A DNA stretch of 37,637 bases, taken from assembly GCA_000320545.1 (NCBI GenBank), contig ADNK01001441.1, forward strand, positions 1-37,637, given 5' to 3'. This DNA is from Bigelowiella natans CCMP2755. Its lineage: Eukaryota; Protista; Cercozoa. The notes beneath the pieces were generated by a model. It made no database searches. It worked only from the letters and a program-made list of their open reading frames with translations, and was not told where the DNA came from. The translations under genes were made by a program, and so were the position numbers. Shown piece by piece: positions 11,389 to 23,296 of the stretch. Positions within the stretch are counted from its first letter, which is position 1. Each line of letters opens with the position of its first letter.

Positions 11389-13228
11389 CGTTCCTGCGAC
11401 GTGACAAACCGTGATGCATGACAAATGCAGACATGACTCTCGAGATCATCATCACAGTCAAGGGGGTTTCACTCCCCCGGGTTTTGGTCCGTATCATGCT
11501 CGGCGGTTTTGCCCCGGCGTCAGCCGGGAAAATTTTTCGATTTCACCCAAAAAAATGCAAATTTTGTTCAAATTCCTCAATGTTTTCTTCAAAAACCATC
11601 CACAAAGTGTCCAGTGAAATTGCCCAAGATGCACATTGGCGGAACTCTTGGCATCGTGTCACTGGGATGTCTCAGATGTGCCCAACCCACTTCCCTGGCG
11701 CATGCAGATTTGATCAATGCTTTGTTCATCATTCATTGTTCATCATTCCCGCCCTTTCCATCGATGTGTGCACCAGCGTGTGTGACTGATCACGTGCGCA
11801 GCGTCGATCATCCAGTCGTGCGCGACGTCGCGACGTGTCTAGCTTCAATTTGATGATGAAGTGACAAGTGTGCATCAGAGTGGGAAGCTGTGAGTGCTTG
11901 CGTGCGCGCGCGCTGGGCACGCACAAAGTGTGCCAGTGTGCGCCATTGCGCCCACACGTCTTGCTCGTGCGTCCAATCCCAAGCAGCTCTGGAGCTGCGC
12001 GTCGCGCATCACATCCAGCTTCATTGATTGCCGCATCGGCACCGTGCAGGCCGCTAGGAGCCACACATCGAAAACTCACCAAAGTCAAAACCACCAAAAA
12101 AAAGCACTTTTTTGGCGCGGAAACGTTCAATTTTGCGAATTTTGGAGTGGAACTTCTGGAGGTGACGGAGTTGCTCTTGACACGGCCTCTGAGCATGTTT
12201 TTTTGAGCCAACGCGCAAAGGGGACCCTTTCCGCGGCACCCAAAGTTTTTGCCCTCGATTTTTTCCCTTGAAAATCCACTTTTTTGCACACCTTTCTGGA
12301 CAATTCTGGACCTTCTCACACGTCCAGAAGTCTTCTGTGGTGCTTCGGAAGAAGTTTGGATTGGATTCCGAGCATGACACGGACCAAAACCCGGGGGAGT
12401 GAATCCCCCTTGATCACAGTTCATTGTTCACAATTGATTGTTCATCGAGACGAACTAGGCAAGCTTGTGATTCTGGCGCATGTGGATTTGATCAATGCTT
12501 CGTTCATCTTCATCTTCATCGTCTAGCAGGCGCTAGCAGGTGCTGCACTGCTAGACTGCATCACTTTGGTCAAGTGAACGAGGAGTTGGAGTGTCGCCTG
12601 CTAGCCTGGTCTGTTGCTGAGAACGTCATCCGTTCGGCCTTCCCATCAGCCATCTTCTCGCCTCTCCTCGCCATGACTGGACATCGTCAATCCAAGCTAG
12701 CAAGGCATTGAACGCAACTCACGTGCATGCACACAACAACTAGACAATGAATCTCAATGTTGGTGGGCGCATGCCAGCGTGACGTGCATGCTAGCGCAGC
12801 GTGAGGTTGCAACGCACGTGACGTTGCGCATTGCTAGCTAGCTAGCTAGCAGCTGGATTGCCAGATTGCACACAGTGGCAAATGAAGGTGAAAATTTCAT
12901 GTGCGATGCGTCGGTCAACACGAGAATGAAAGTCAATGCGATCCAAAGATGCAAGCATGCCAGCATGCTAGCATGTGCAGATCGCGATGTTGCCAAGCAT
13001 GCTGCACTAGCTAGCATGGTGTCTCTGCTAGCTAGCTAGGTCTGCTAGTCTGGCTAGGCAGACATGTGCAGCCTGTTCCGCTGCACAGCGCTCGCTAGCT
13101 CGGCCACTCCACAGCTAGACAGCTGCCGGCACAAACACTGGCATGACGCAGATTGGCATTTTGACATCCACAGCTAGACAGCTAGATTGCGACGCGACCT
13201 GGTGTGATCATTTTGCTAGTCTGTGACT
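11389..13228. other. TpA-depleted tract (TA retained only in CTAG)
   Basis: Line-by-line reading finds about 27 CTAG and only one other TA (GTAT at 11491-11494) in ~1.84 kb. The flanks (11281-11388; after ~13400) have ordinary TTAC, CTAC, GTAT and TATA. Confidence 0.9.
11459..12412. mobile_element. Non-autonomous DNA transposon (MITE-like), 954 bp; termini and 8-bp TSD best fit the P-element superfamily (hAT not excluded)
   Basis: Left TIR 11459-11503 is CAAGGGGGTTTCACTCCCCCGGGTTTTGGTCCGTATCATGCTCGG. Right TIR 12368-12412 is its reverse complement with 2 mismatches in 45. The exact 8-bp direct repeat ATCACAGT flanks both ends (11451-11458, 12413-12420). Termini CAAGG...CCTTG match the CANRG end consensus described for P-like elements. 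No transposase ORF. Confidence 0.9.
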
Positions 13229-13457
13229 CTATGCATCATCCACATTTAGACACATCTAGTCAGACGTGCATGATGCGATGTGCATGCGACATGCATGTCA
13301 CTTGCCGACACCATTCTAGCATTGCTAGATTGGTGTACTGCTAGACTGGTGGATCGGATGGGTGGGAAGCAATGCATGACAGATTGTTGTTGCTTTCGTA
13401 TAGCTAAGAACAATGACCAGAATTGCATGCACGCTGCTAACTTGATGAATTTCCAAT

Positions 13458-14538
13458 TCAAACAGGCGGCAGATTCTCAGAGATAATCCCTTTGGAAACA
13501 ACTGCATTGTTCTGCAATGTGTCTTTGTTGTCCAAATCGATGACCTCTCTGCTACTAGGTAGGTGATCGCCCGAAGGCAAGGGTGGATTGTCACCATCCT
13601 GAATCGGCAAAGTGGTCGCGTTACCTGAAACCGTGTATTCATCGTCACAGGTATCCTTTTTGTTGCTGCTACAGTTGTTACTGCTGTTTTTATCGACTTC
13701 GCCACTACTCCTGTCGCCACGTTCTTTCTTGTCACCGTCCAAACCCTCTTCCTTATTCTCACTGCCACTGCTCAGGAGATCATTCACATCGGGGAGGGGC
13801 GTGCTCCAAAAGCTGAGCTCGTCAAAGCGCTTCGGCGGTTGCTGGACGAGCCGCGACGTTGTGGCGTGGTTACTGCTACGATTACTACCACTCGCAACCA
13901 TGGCTGCTGCATCGTTCTTACTCGTGGTTTTGTCCCCCTCTTTTGCTTTTCCGCCGTGCCTTCCGGTTCCCTCATTCTTTCCCCCCTCTCCATGATTCCT
14001 CGTTGTACTCCCTATCTTCTCGTTGCGGGAGGCCTCTACCCCACATCGCGGTTGTTCACCGCTTGAGCGGGGCATTTGCGTTGTATTGGTCCGCGCTTGC
14101 ATCTCTTTGTTCGCCTCTTTGGAATCCACGAACAACACCGATTTGGCCTCGCTGGGAGGAAACATATCGTCTGCCATCGACAGCAGGGAAGGATAGCTTT
14201 GCTGGTACGACCGGTTGCCGGACTGATGACGAAGTGGTGGTGGTGGCAGCGTTTAGCGTTAAGTTTCATTTTGAGAACGACGTGGTCGGAACAGCAAATA
14301 TAGTATATTACAAGGATAGGGTGGGGGTGGATGATATCCACAAGGGGACAACCACAACGACGACGACGACGACGACGACAACGATGAAGAAAAAAATGGC
14401 TTCTGTAACTCTCTCATCCATCAGTACTATCCTCATCGTGTGGAGAACTACAAGACATAATACCTGCTTGATCTCGCTGTTTTTATTGATAATAAAGATC
14501 CTTTCTGCTGGCATCCCGACAGCGAGGTATGCGACCTG

Positions 14539-14569
<31 letters not shown>

Positions 14570-15247
14570 AGAGAAAGCAGAGGAGGGGGTTAGGGAAAGC
14601 AACATTATCATCTTCTTCTTCCTCCCCGTCCTCATTCAGCACCATCATTGCTCGCTCCACATTAAAAACCGCGAAAATGATGGGGGCCTACGATTGTGAG
14701 CCCTGACATCTTTCCTTTTCTTTTTTTCCTTCTTCTTCGGATACCACTGCCATCATCTTCATCATTATCATCATCATCACCATAGGTATCATATCATCTC
14801 TATTTATATTAATATATATATATATATATATATATACATATTTAAATATATATATTTAAAATATATCTACGCCCACGACCAAATCGGAGATGCGGTTGCC
14901 GAACCCTGCAGCAAACGGCTGCACTGTCATCGCGAAAAGACGCCGTATGTCGCGCAAGGCAAGTATCTGCACGGGACAGATGCAAACGTAATCACAACGC
15001 AAAAGAATGGGTGGGTGGGGGGGGGAGGGCGATAGGGCAGAGTGGTGGTGATAACTAAATGGTGATCGTCAAAACTAAGGAGCAGGACAAAACCATCTAG
15101 ACGATCTCATGCCCGTTATTATGCTCCCTGATCGATTTATCTGTACTACCTTAAATTCCTGTGGGCGTCGGTAGATCACCTCTCGCTTCAGCGATTTCAC
15201 TAGCCGGTCAGGCGACATTATCAGCTGTGCGAGTGAGGGGGGGGGGG

Positions 15248-15283
<36 letters not shown>

Positions 15284-15317
15284 CCGGTTTAGTGGCTGGT
15301 GAAATAGATGATTCCCC

Positions 15318-15359
<42 letters not shown>

Positions 15360-15461
15360 CCGTGCGACTTGTACTTGATGACGCAGGACAGAATCATTCC
15401 ATCTTTTTGTTTTCGCCACTTGGCATTATTCAGAATAAGTTTCTTCCTCCTCCTCCTTCTC

Positions 15462-15492
<31 letters not shown>

Positions 15493-16043
15493 AACTACTC
15501 CTTCTAAATTAACTGCTGCTGCTGCTCGTTACCGGCCCGTGAGGGAGCGAGGCCCCCCCTGTCTGGCGTAGCGCTTTGATGTATGCTCGCGTGAGATTGG
15601 CCTGGCCGATGGCGCGGGAGGTGAGGTACATTACGCGGTATCCGTTCCGGTCTATCTTGGTGAGAAGCTGTGCAATGCCCGGATGGGACCTTTGGAAGGG
15701 GAGGGGAAGGAGGACAGCACAGCGCAGCATAGGACAGGACGGGGGGGGAGGGGAGGGAGGGAGGATGTTGATAAGGAGAGGATGGCGGATGATGAGATAT
15801 CGATTTATGGCAAGGTTGCTATTCTCCTTCCCGCGAATCCCTCCCGCCCCCAACCCCCCCCCTTCCCTCCTCCTCCTCTTCTCCATCCACCCTCATCATC
15901 ATTATCACCATCACCCACTCACAAACGCATCGTTCATCAATGACCAGTCCATGCCGACCACTGGGAACAGATTTCCAAGGATATCCGACCGTGTTATCGT
16001 TCCTTACACCCCAACAAACAATCAATTGATCGCTCAACCACAT

Positions 16044-16076
<33 letters not shown>

Positions 16077-16152
16077 GCCACACGGACAACACGAAACAAC
16101 AGCGCAGGAACAACCATTGGCCGTAAAAGTGAATCAAGCGTCAAAAGCACAG

Positions 16153-16188
<36 letters not shown>

Positions 16189-17040
16189 GCACACATACAC
16201 ATATACACGCGCGCACGCGCATCATGGTAGCGCTTGGAAGGAAAAAGGCTTCTTCGCCCACCGTCGATGTCAGAAACGACGATCTTCGAGTCAGGAGGCC
16301 AGAGGTACAGGGCACACGTGAGCGTCTGTGTGCCCTGCAAACGAGAGGTCACGCTGAAATCGAGCCTGGATGATGACGACGACGGGAAGATCAAGCGCAT
16401 CATCACAACCAACCACCAACAACCAACAGCCGACGGTAACAGTGAGCAAAGAGAACGAATGGCCAAATCACACGCGCGAAGCAACTTTTGAAACATGTGG
16501 GGCTGTCCTGAGCGGGCACCCCAACTACGTTCCATAGCGGCGTGCATATGCAAGTCATCGTCGTCGTCGTTTGGACAGAATTCATCGATACTCTCAGCTT
16601 AATGATTGTGTACACATCAGCCTCATAGTTGGATTTTATCCCCCTAGACGGCATGAATTCGTGTTTGTGTGCTCCATATGTATATCAACTCACCGGTTTT
16701 GCCCAGATCGCAGCAGAGGGCCTATGCATGTATTAGGATTGTACGATGGTCTATTATCTCACAGATATAAACTACTATATACGTTCAGGACGAATTCCGC
16801 TGGGAAGGACGGAGGGAGGGGGGCCGTGAATATTTCTCAAACAAGAGGAGGTATGCTTTTCAATAACAGTGTCGAGGGGAGGGGGGGGGGGGGGGGGAGT
16901 GTATCTAGTTTTTGGTTTTGTTTTTTGGTGCTGATTTATTAAAATAGGATTAAAAACTATGATGGCCCTTGATCGGTAGCATTGCCCGCGCCACACAGAA
17001 ATAGTGACCTCCTATTGCCGCCGCTACTCGCGCTCTACTA

Positions 17041-17072
<32 letters not shown>

Positions 17073-17218
17073 ACTTCTACTACCGATCTCCTGCATCATC
17101 TTCTGTGAAGGCCGGAGACTCTTTCGGAGAGGGGTATGATGTTTGTGGGAGGAGGAAGCACCTCCTTTGAATGGGGCCAGAAAGATACACACACACACAC
17201 ACACACGCAAAGAGAGAG

Positions 17219-17263
<45 letters not shown>

Positions 17264-18436
17264 GATATGGTAGACACGCTCCCAAAAGTGCTGTTGTTAT
17301 TTTTAAGCGTTGAGCCCCATCATCCCCATGATCCAGTGAATCATCGCTCTCAGCTTCAAAACCCATGATACGTATAAGCTACAGCACATACATACACACA
17401 TACACACACTCAGGTATACCTCCTCGGCGGGTAGTGGACGTCATGCGTGTGCTGATGGTTGCTGGGGCTGCAGGGGAGCTGCCGACGACACTGCCTCCGA
17501 TCACTGCGCGTAGACATCCATCAACAGCCACAAATCACAATTGCGCCCTCCCCCCCCCCCCCCCTCCTCCTCTCCTCTCTCTCTCACACACACACACACG
17601 ATTACAAACGCTTTCAAATGTAATATGCAAGTTGGGCAAGATAAGCTCGCTTATCTCTATCATGCGGCGTGAGCGACGTAGTGTGAGGAAGGTAGAAAGG
17701 AGAGGAGGGAGGGGGAAGAGGGAAAGAGGGAGAATATCCGCCATTGCTACTCATAATATAATGACGCCATCATCGTCGTCGTCAATATAGGTGAAACGTC
17801 GTCCTACCTCCTGCTGAGATCTGCAGCGGGGGGGGAGGGCCTTTCTTGGCGTCGTTCCTAGCTTCCTCTTCCTCTTCTTTCGGACTCGTGGCATCATGGG
17901 TGGAGGAGGGAGGAGGGAGGGGGGAAAGAGGCGACAGGGAGGAGGAAGAGGATGCACTAGTCGCACCGGCAGCGGCAGGGCCATGGTTGGATGTGGAGGA
18001 GGTCGTCCCCCTCCCCTCCCCTGCTCCTCCTACTCCTCCTTTCCCCGCCCTACCGATGAGCTCGTCAATCATCTGTCGCTCTCTGTGGCTGTTAGGATCG
18101 AGGAAGACTTGGGATGAGGTGTTTGGGTTGTCGTCGGTGCCGCTACTTCGGGTTCTAGACCTCTTCTTCTTCTTCTTCTTCTTGTCGCCACCGCCACCAC
18201 CACCTCCACCATCAACCCTCCTGCACTTTTCGCCAGCTCCTTCTACCCCCGCCCCCCCTTCGCTGCGATGGAAGGAACGCGGCGGGTGCTGATGATGAGC
18301 AGCAGCAGCATAAGCAGCTGCTACATGATTGCGGTGTTTCTCTGCGGTGTTGCTTTCCACCGCCCTAGCAAGGGGAGAGGAGGCAAAAAGGGAGCAAGAC
18401 GTAGAAGAGAGGAAGAGAAGTAGTAGAGGGAAGAAG

Positions 18437-18474
<38 letters not shown>

Positions 18475-20816
18475 AGATGAGAGAGGAGAGGCAGCAAGCA
18501 GTAGAGAAGCGAACGGTAGGGAGGGGGAAGGGGAGATGAGCGAGTGAGCAACATGCCTTAGATCATCATATATATGTTGTTATTTCCCTTATTTCCCTGT
18601 CCCCTCACACTTCTCCTCAGAAAGAAAAACGCACACCCGTACACAGCGGCCTACCTGTACGCGTCCCCCCCCCGCCAGAAATCAGGGCTGTTTGAATCGT
18701 GCGCTTCACGTCCATCCTCCCACTCGCCGAGACGGCGGCGGCGGCGACGAAAACGACGAAAACGACGACGACGCCGCCTCTCATCGCCATACAGATGTCT
18801 TCGATGGTGATGGTCCTCCTCTTCCTCCCCTCCTTCCTCAGGATAATAGGGATGATAAGGATCATCGTCACGGGGGAGGAGACGATGAGAGCCGCTGTAT
18901 CGATGGTCGTGCTTGTTGGTGCCTTTCCCCCCCCCCTTCCTTATCACCCTGTCGATCCATCTCCCATCAGAGCCGTCCTGGTGATGGGTGCTGCTGTTGC
19001 TGCTGCTTGGTCCTCCCCCACCCCCTGCTAGGAGAGTTCTTCGAAGAAGATCCCTGATCAGATACCTTGCCATACGCGGCACTCCAGCGGTCTCCTTCTC
19101 GTCGACATCATCATGATCAATATCGTCATCATTATCATCACAAGGACTGCTGGGCCGACGCTTCTGCTCTATCCGCACCTCGCGCACGTACCTGGAAGGT
19201 TGGTATCGGAGGGGAGGGGGGAGGGGGAGAAGGGAGAGAGGGAGAGAGAAGGAAGAGGCAGGGACGGGGTTTGATAAAGTGTGAGGAGGAAGAGGAGGAG
19301 GAGGGGGAGGAGGAATAGCGTTTCTTCTCTCCATCAGTCTTTCTCTCCGCTGTGATTCAGGAGATTCCTACACTACACCCAACGACCTCTCTACCGCAAT
19401 CACCATTCGTTACTCTTCTTCTTTTACTCTCCTACCCAGCAAAATACGATCTGTACCACCTCCTCCCTCCTTGTTCCCCTCCCCTCCCTTCCTTCATTCT
19501 CGTTTTCCTCCTCCTCTTCATCCTCAAAGTGCTGCAACGACGACTACTTCTTTCTACCACTAGTATATTACCGTTACTCATATACTACTACTTCTTCTTC
19601 TTCTTCTTCTACTACTACTACTACTACTACTACTACTAAGTCTATGCTCAATACTCACAGGTTTGGATCGAGAAGAAGATCGGGGCGCTCCAGCACCTCC
19701 TGCAGACTGAACTTCTGCGGCGATGACTCAAAGAGAGATGTAAGGAGAGCCGAAGCACTCCCATCACCATCATCATCATCATCATCACCATTATCACCAC
19801 CATCACCACCTCCTCCTCCTTGAGCACCACTTTCATTCTGAACTTGATTTTCGAGCTGCTTCTCTCCCTCTGCTTTCGTGGAGTCACCATTGCTGGCGGA
19901 CTCTCCCACGGATCTCTCCTCCATTTCTTCTTCTTCTTCCCCTCCTCCTCCTCCTTCTCCGCCGCTTTTCTTTGCTGGTCCTTCCTCCTTCTCCTTCTCC
20001 TTAGATTCGATGCACCCACCGAGCTGTTGCTTGTTGTCGCTTCGATGTATAAGAGCAAACTCAAGTCTTGTGGAGACGACAACGATAGCGGCAGCAGCAC
20101 TGAGTTTAGTCCTCTGCTCCTCCTCATCCAGTGATAATGAGGGGAAGTGATGCTGCACCACCCTTGCAGCACCTCCACCATTGATACCAGCAGGAAGACG
20201 AGATGGAGGACTACTTTTATCTTTCTTCTGTCGTTGCAATTGATGATGCAGAGGAGGTAAAGTTGATGATTCCGTACTCGTAGCTGTTGTTATTGTCGTG
20301 GTGGTGGTGGTGGTGGGTACCCCCGTGACCACCGCTGCTTTCTTACCTGCCGCACCTGCATCATTCCTACTAGGTGTGGTCTCCTTTTCCTCCTCCTCCT
20401 CCTCCTCCTCCTTCTCCCCCCCAACTGTTTTTTTCTCTGCTTCATCATCCAACAGCTCGCTGTCGTTGTCGTCCCTCACCCTGAGGTTGTACGTCTCTTG
20501 AAGGTACTGGATGTATCGCGCCTTATGCACGTAAGCGACGCCGAACGGCAGCTTCAGGCCGACCGTGGGGGGAGGAGGGGGGAATAGGGAGCGGGCTGAT
20601 GGTGAGGAGGGGGGTGCCGTCTCGCTGATATCCCGCGCGGAGGAGTTACTACCAGTAGCGGCAGCAGCCAGGGATTTATCGCGATGATCTAAGCCATAGT
20701 TGTCGTTGCCTGTGCACGCAATAATCGTCGTTTTCGGAGAAAGGAGGTTTTACATACGACGACGACGACGACGACGACATCAGTGAGCGACGACCATTTT
20801 CGGTGAGTCAGCGTTC

Positions 20817-20855
<39 letters not shown>

Positions 20856-22084
20856 AATTACTCCCTCCCCCCCCCCCCCCCGCGCGTTGAAAAGCCCCAA
20901 GGGCGAGTCAGGATTATAATGATGCTACAACCCCTTCCCCCCTCCTCATAACCCAATGGGGTTCTCCTTCTCCTCCTTCTCCCCGAGTCACCAACCTGGG
21001 GCTTATGACAAAAAAATGTCCTTGGATTCTCCCCTCACTTTTGCTGCCTCCTCCTTTTCCTCCTCCCCCTCTTTCACCTTCCCGTGGCCCTCATCTGATG
21101 CGCCCTGCACATCTCCGCTATCATCGCGAACAGTAGAGAGAGAGCATGATGCTGCTGCCTGAGGCTTCTCGCTATCAGGGGACGGCGGTGCTTGCGTGTG
21201 CTGGTATGGGGGGGAGGGTTGGCGGGGCTGGACGACTGGGACACTGAGGTACCCGTGCTCGAATAGTGCTTCATGCAGCATCGCTCTGCTCATGCTACTA
21301 CCGCTGCCTCTCCTCCTTCTCCTCCTCCTTCTATTTCCATTCTTCGCACTCTTACCGCTCCTTTGTAGCCGTCTCGCCCCTTCTCCTTCGTCTTGTTCCG
21401 CCCCCCCATCTACTGCTCCTCCTCCTACCCCTCCTCCTCCCCCTTCGCCGTCCTTTTTGTTGTCGATATCTGCTGCCTGGCGGCTACTGCTGCTGGCCCC
21501 GGTGATGTGAGAGATCATTCGGAATATCGACCACCCGCCGCTACTTCCGCCGGCTGCTGCCGCCTCTGCCACCGCAGCTTCCTCTTCTTCCCCCTCTCCT
21601 CCTCCCCCAACCCGCTCTTCTTCATTAGCACGATGCTGGAAGTTGTCGCCGCCGTCAACGCCCTGGTAGCTAGCGCTGTCGTCCTCCCCCCCAGCTGTTC
21701 CAACTCCATGCCCCATCTCGACGTCCTTCTCCTCCTCCTCCCCGTCCTCCTTGCCGCTGTGGTGCTGGTGGTAGTGGAACGGACCGTGGGAGCGATGGGA
21801 GGATGGGGAGGCAGCATCCACGCCCAGCTGTCTTTCCGAATCAATGGCTCCCGGTCGCCTCGATGGAGACGATGGGGACGGCATGGAGCGAGGGCTATAC
21901 CCTTTATAGTCATCGTGTGGAGAACGCCGAAGTCGGCCTACTTCATCCCCCGGGAACTCCTCCCCCTCGCCCTCGGTAGCTGGTCGCGTTTGCTTGCCGT
22001 TCGTAGTGTCATCGTCGCTCATCGACTAAGTGCGCAAAGTATATATCGGTTGTGTGTGTGCGTGTGAAAGAGAAAGAGGGATAG

Positions 22085-22118
<34 letters not shown>

Positions 22119-23252
22119 AAAGGAGAGATCACGGAATCCCTACGTTACTATGCGCTGCTTTTGTAATATTACTCTTGTAGCTCTTTCTAACTTCAAAAAG
22201 GGTGTTGCATAGCTAAGGTAATCAGGGCAATCATATGCGACCGTCTTTTCCTACCGTGGCCTTCCCCTCGCTACCCGCATTCCCTCCTCCCTGCACTGTT
22301 GAAGCTTTGCCTCCTCCTCTTCCGCCGATGAGGGAGGGGAGTGAGCCCCAGCCCCATTGCCAGTAGTGGGAGGATGATGAAGCCCGACGGCGACGGCGAC
22401 GATGAGTGTCCTTCACCATTTCAGACATTGCCGATGCTCCATCGCCCCCCCCCCCATTCGGTGATAAGCCCTTTTCTGCGTTAAGCGGCTGCGGAAATGT
22501 TGACGAGGAGAGGGGGCGATGGGATGCCGGAATAGGACTGTCGCATCCTTCTGCAGCAACATCTAAAGCAGAAGATGGAGTATTGCCAATCTCATCCGAC
22601 AAAGACAAAGGCACGAATGCAACTTTCCCCCCTCCTTCTCTGGCTCCTCTTGCCCCCCCTGAATCTGGTGGTGATTGTGGTGATGCTGATGCTGGCACCG
22701 CCCCGTCCATCCCCTTCCCCTCTCTTGTCTTAGCACCAGTCTTGCCAGTAGCGCCGGTGGAAGGGAGGGTGGTCGGCAAAGATGAGGGAGAGGCACCATC
22801 AATGCTGTCAGAGTAGTAGGAAGAGGATTCCGGCTGCTGTTGTTCCTCCTTAAAATCAACGCTGTTGCTTTGCCTTAATCCCTTTACCTGTTTGGTTTCA
22901 TTGTTATCGTGCAGCCCACTGCCGGATATGGTGGAGTCGAGGTATAGGCTTTCATCCCCTCCTTGCCCTCTCCCACGTCGGAATGGGAGGGTTGCGCTTG
23001 CTGTCCTAGCACGTATCGGCGGTGTCCTCTCCCCCAGCCCCTCGCCCTCCTCTTCATAGTCAAGTTCGCCAACCCCCTCTTTCTGTCCCTTCCTCTCTCC
23101 ATCGTTGCAGAAGCCACCATCACCACCGCCGTCGTCAAGGGGGGGGAGTACGAAGAATGCTTCACCCGCTTTCCCAAGTTGCATGGGAAGAGATACCCGC
23201 TGATATTTTAGGAATAATTTCATTTAGTGGTAGTATCGTGCGTATGTTGCTT

Positions 23253-23296
<44 letters not shown>

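Noticed and set aside
11411-12711. Cluster of overlapping ORFs up to 231 aa in and around the MITE, as a possible transposase or cargo gene
   Set aside because: No DDE or THAP motifs. The ORFs are a by-product of TA loss (no TAA, few TAG), and the 231-aa ORF has no Tyr at all.
11389-13228. Classical RIP or CpG-methylation decay as the cause of the TG/CA excess
   Set aside because: CpG is plentiful in the tract, and those processes do not remove TpA; RIP increases it.
21003-21005. Non-standard genetic code (TAA/TAG reassigned)
   Set aside because: Conserved exons of lipin and delta-tubulin translate with no in-frame stops, and TAG appears to end two genes. The single TAA has simpler explanations.
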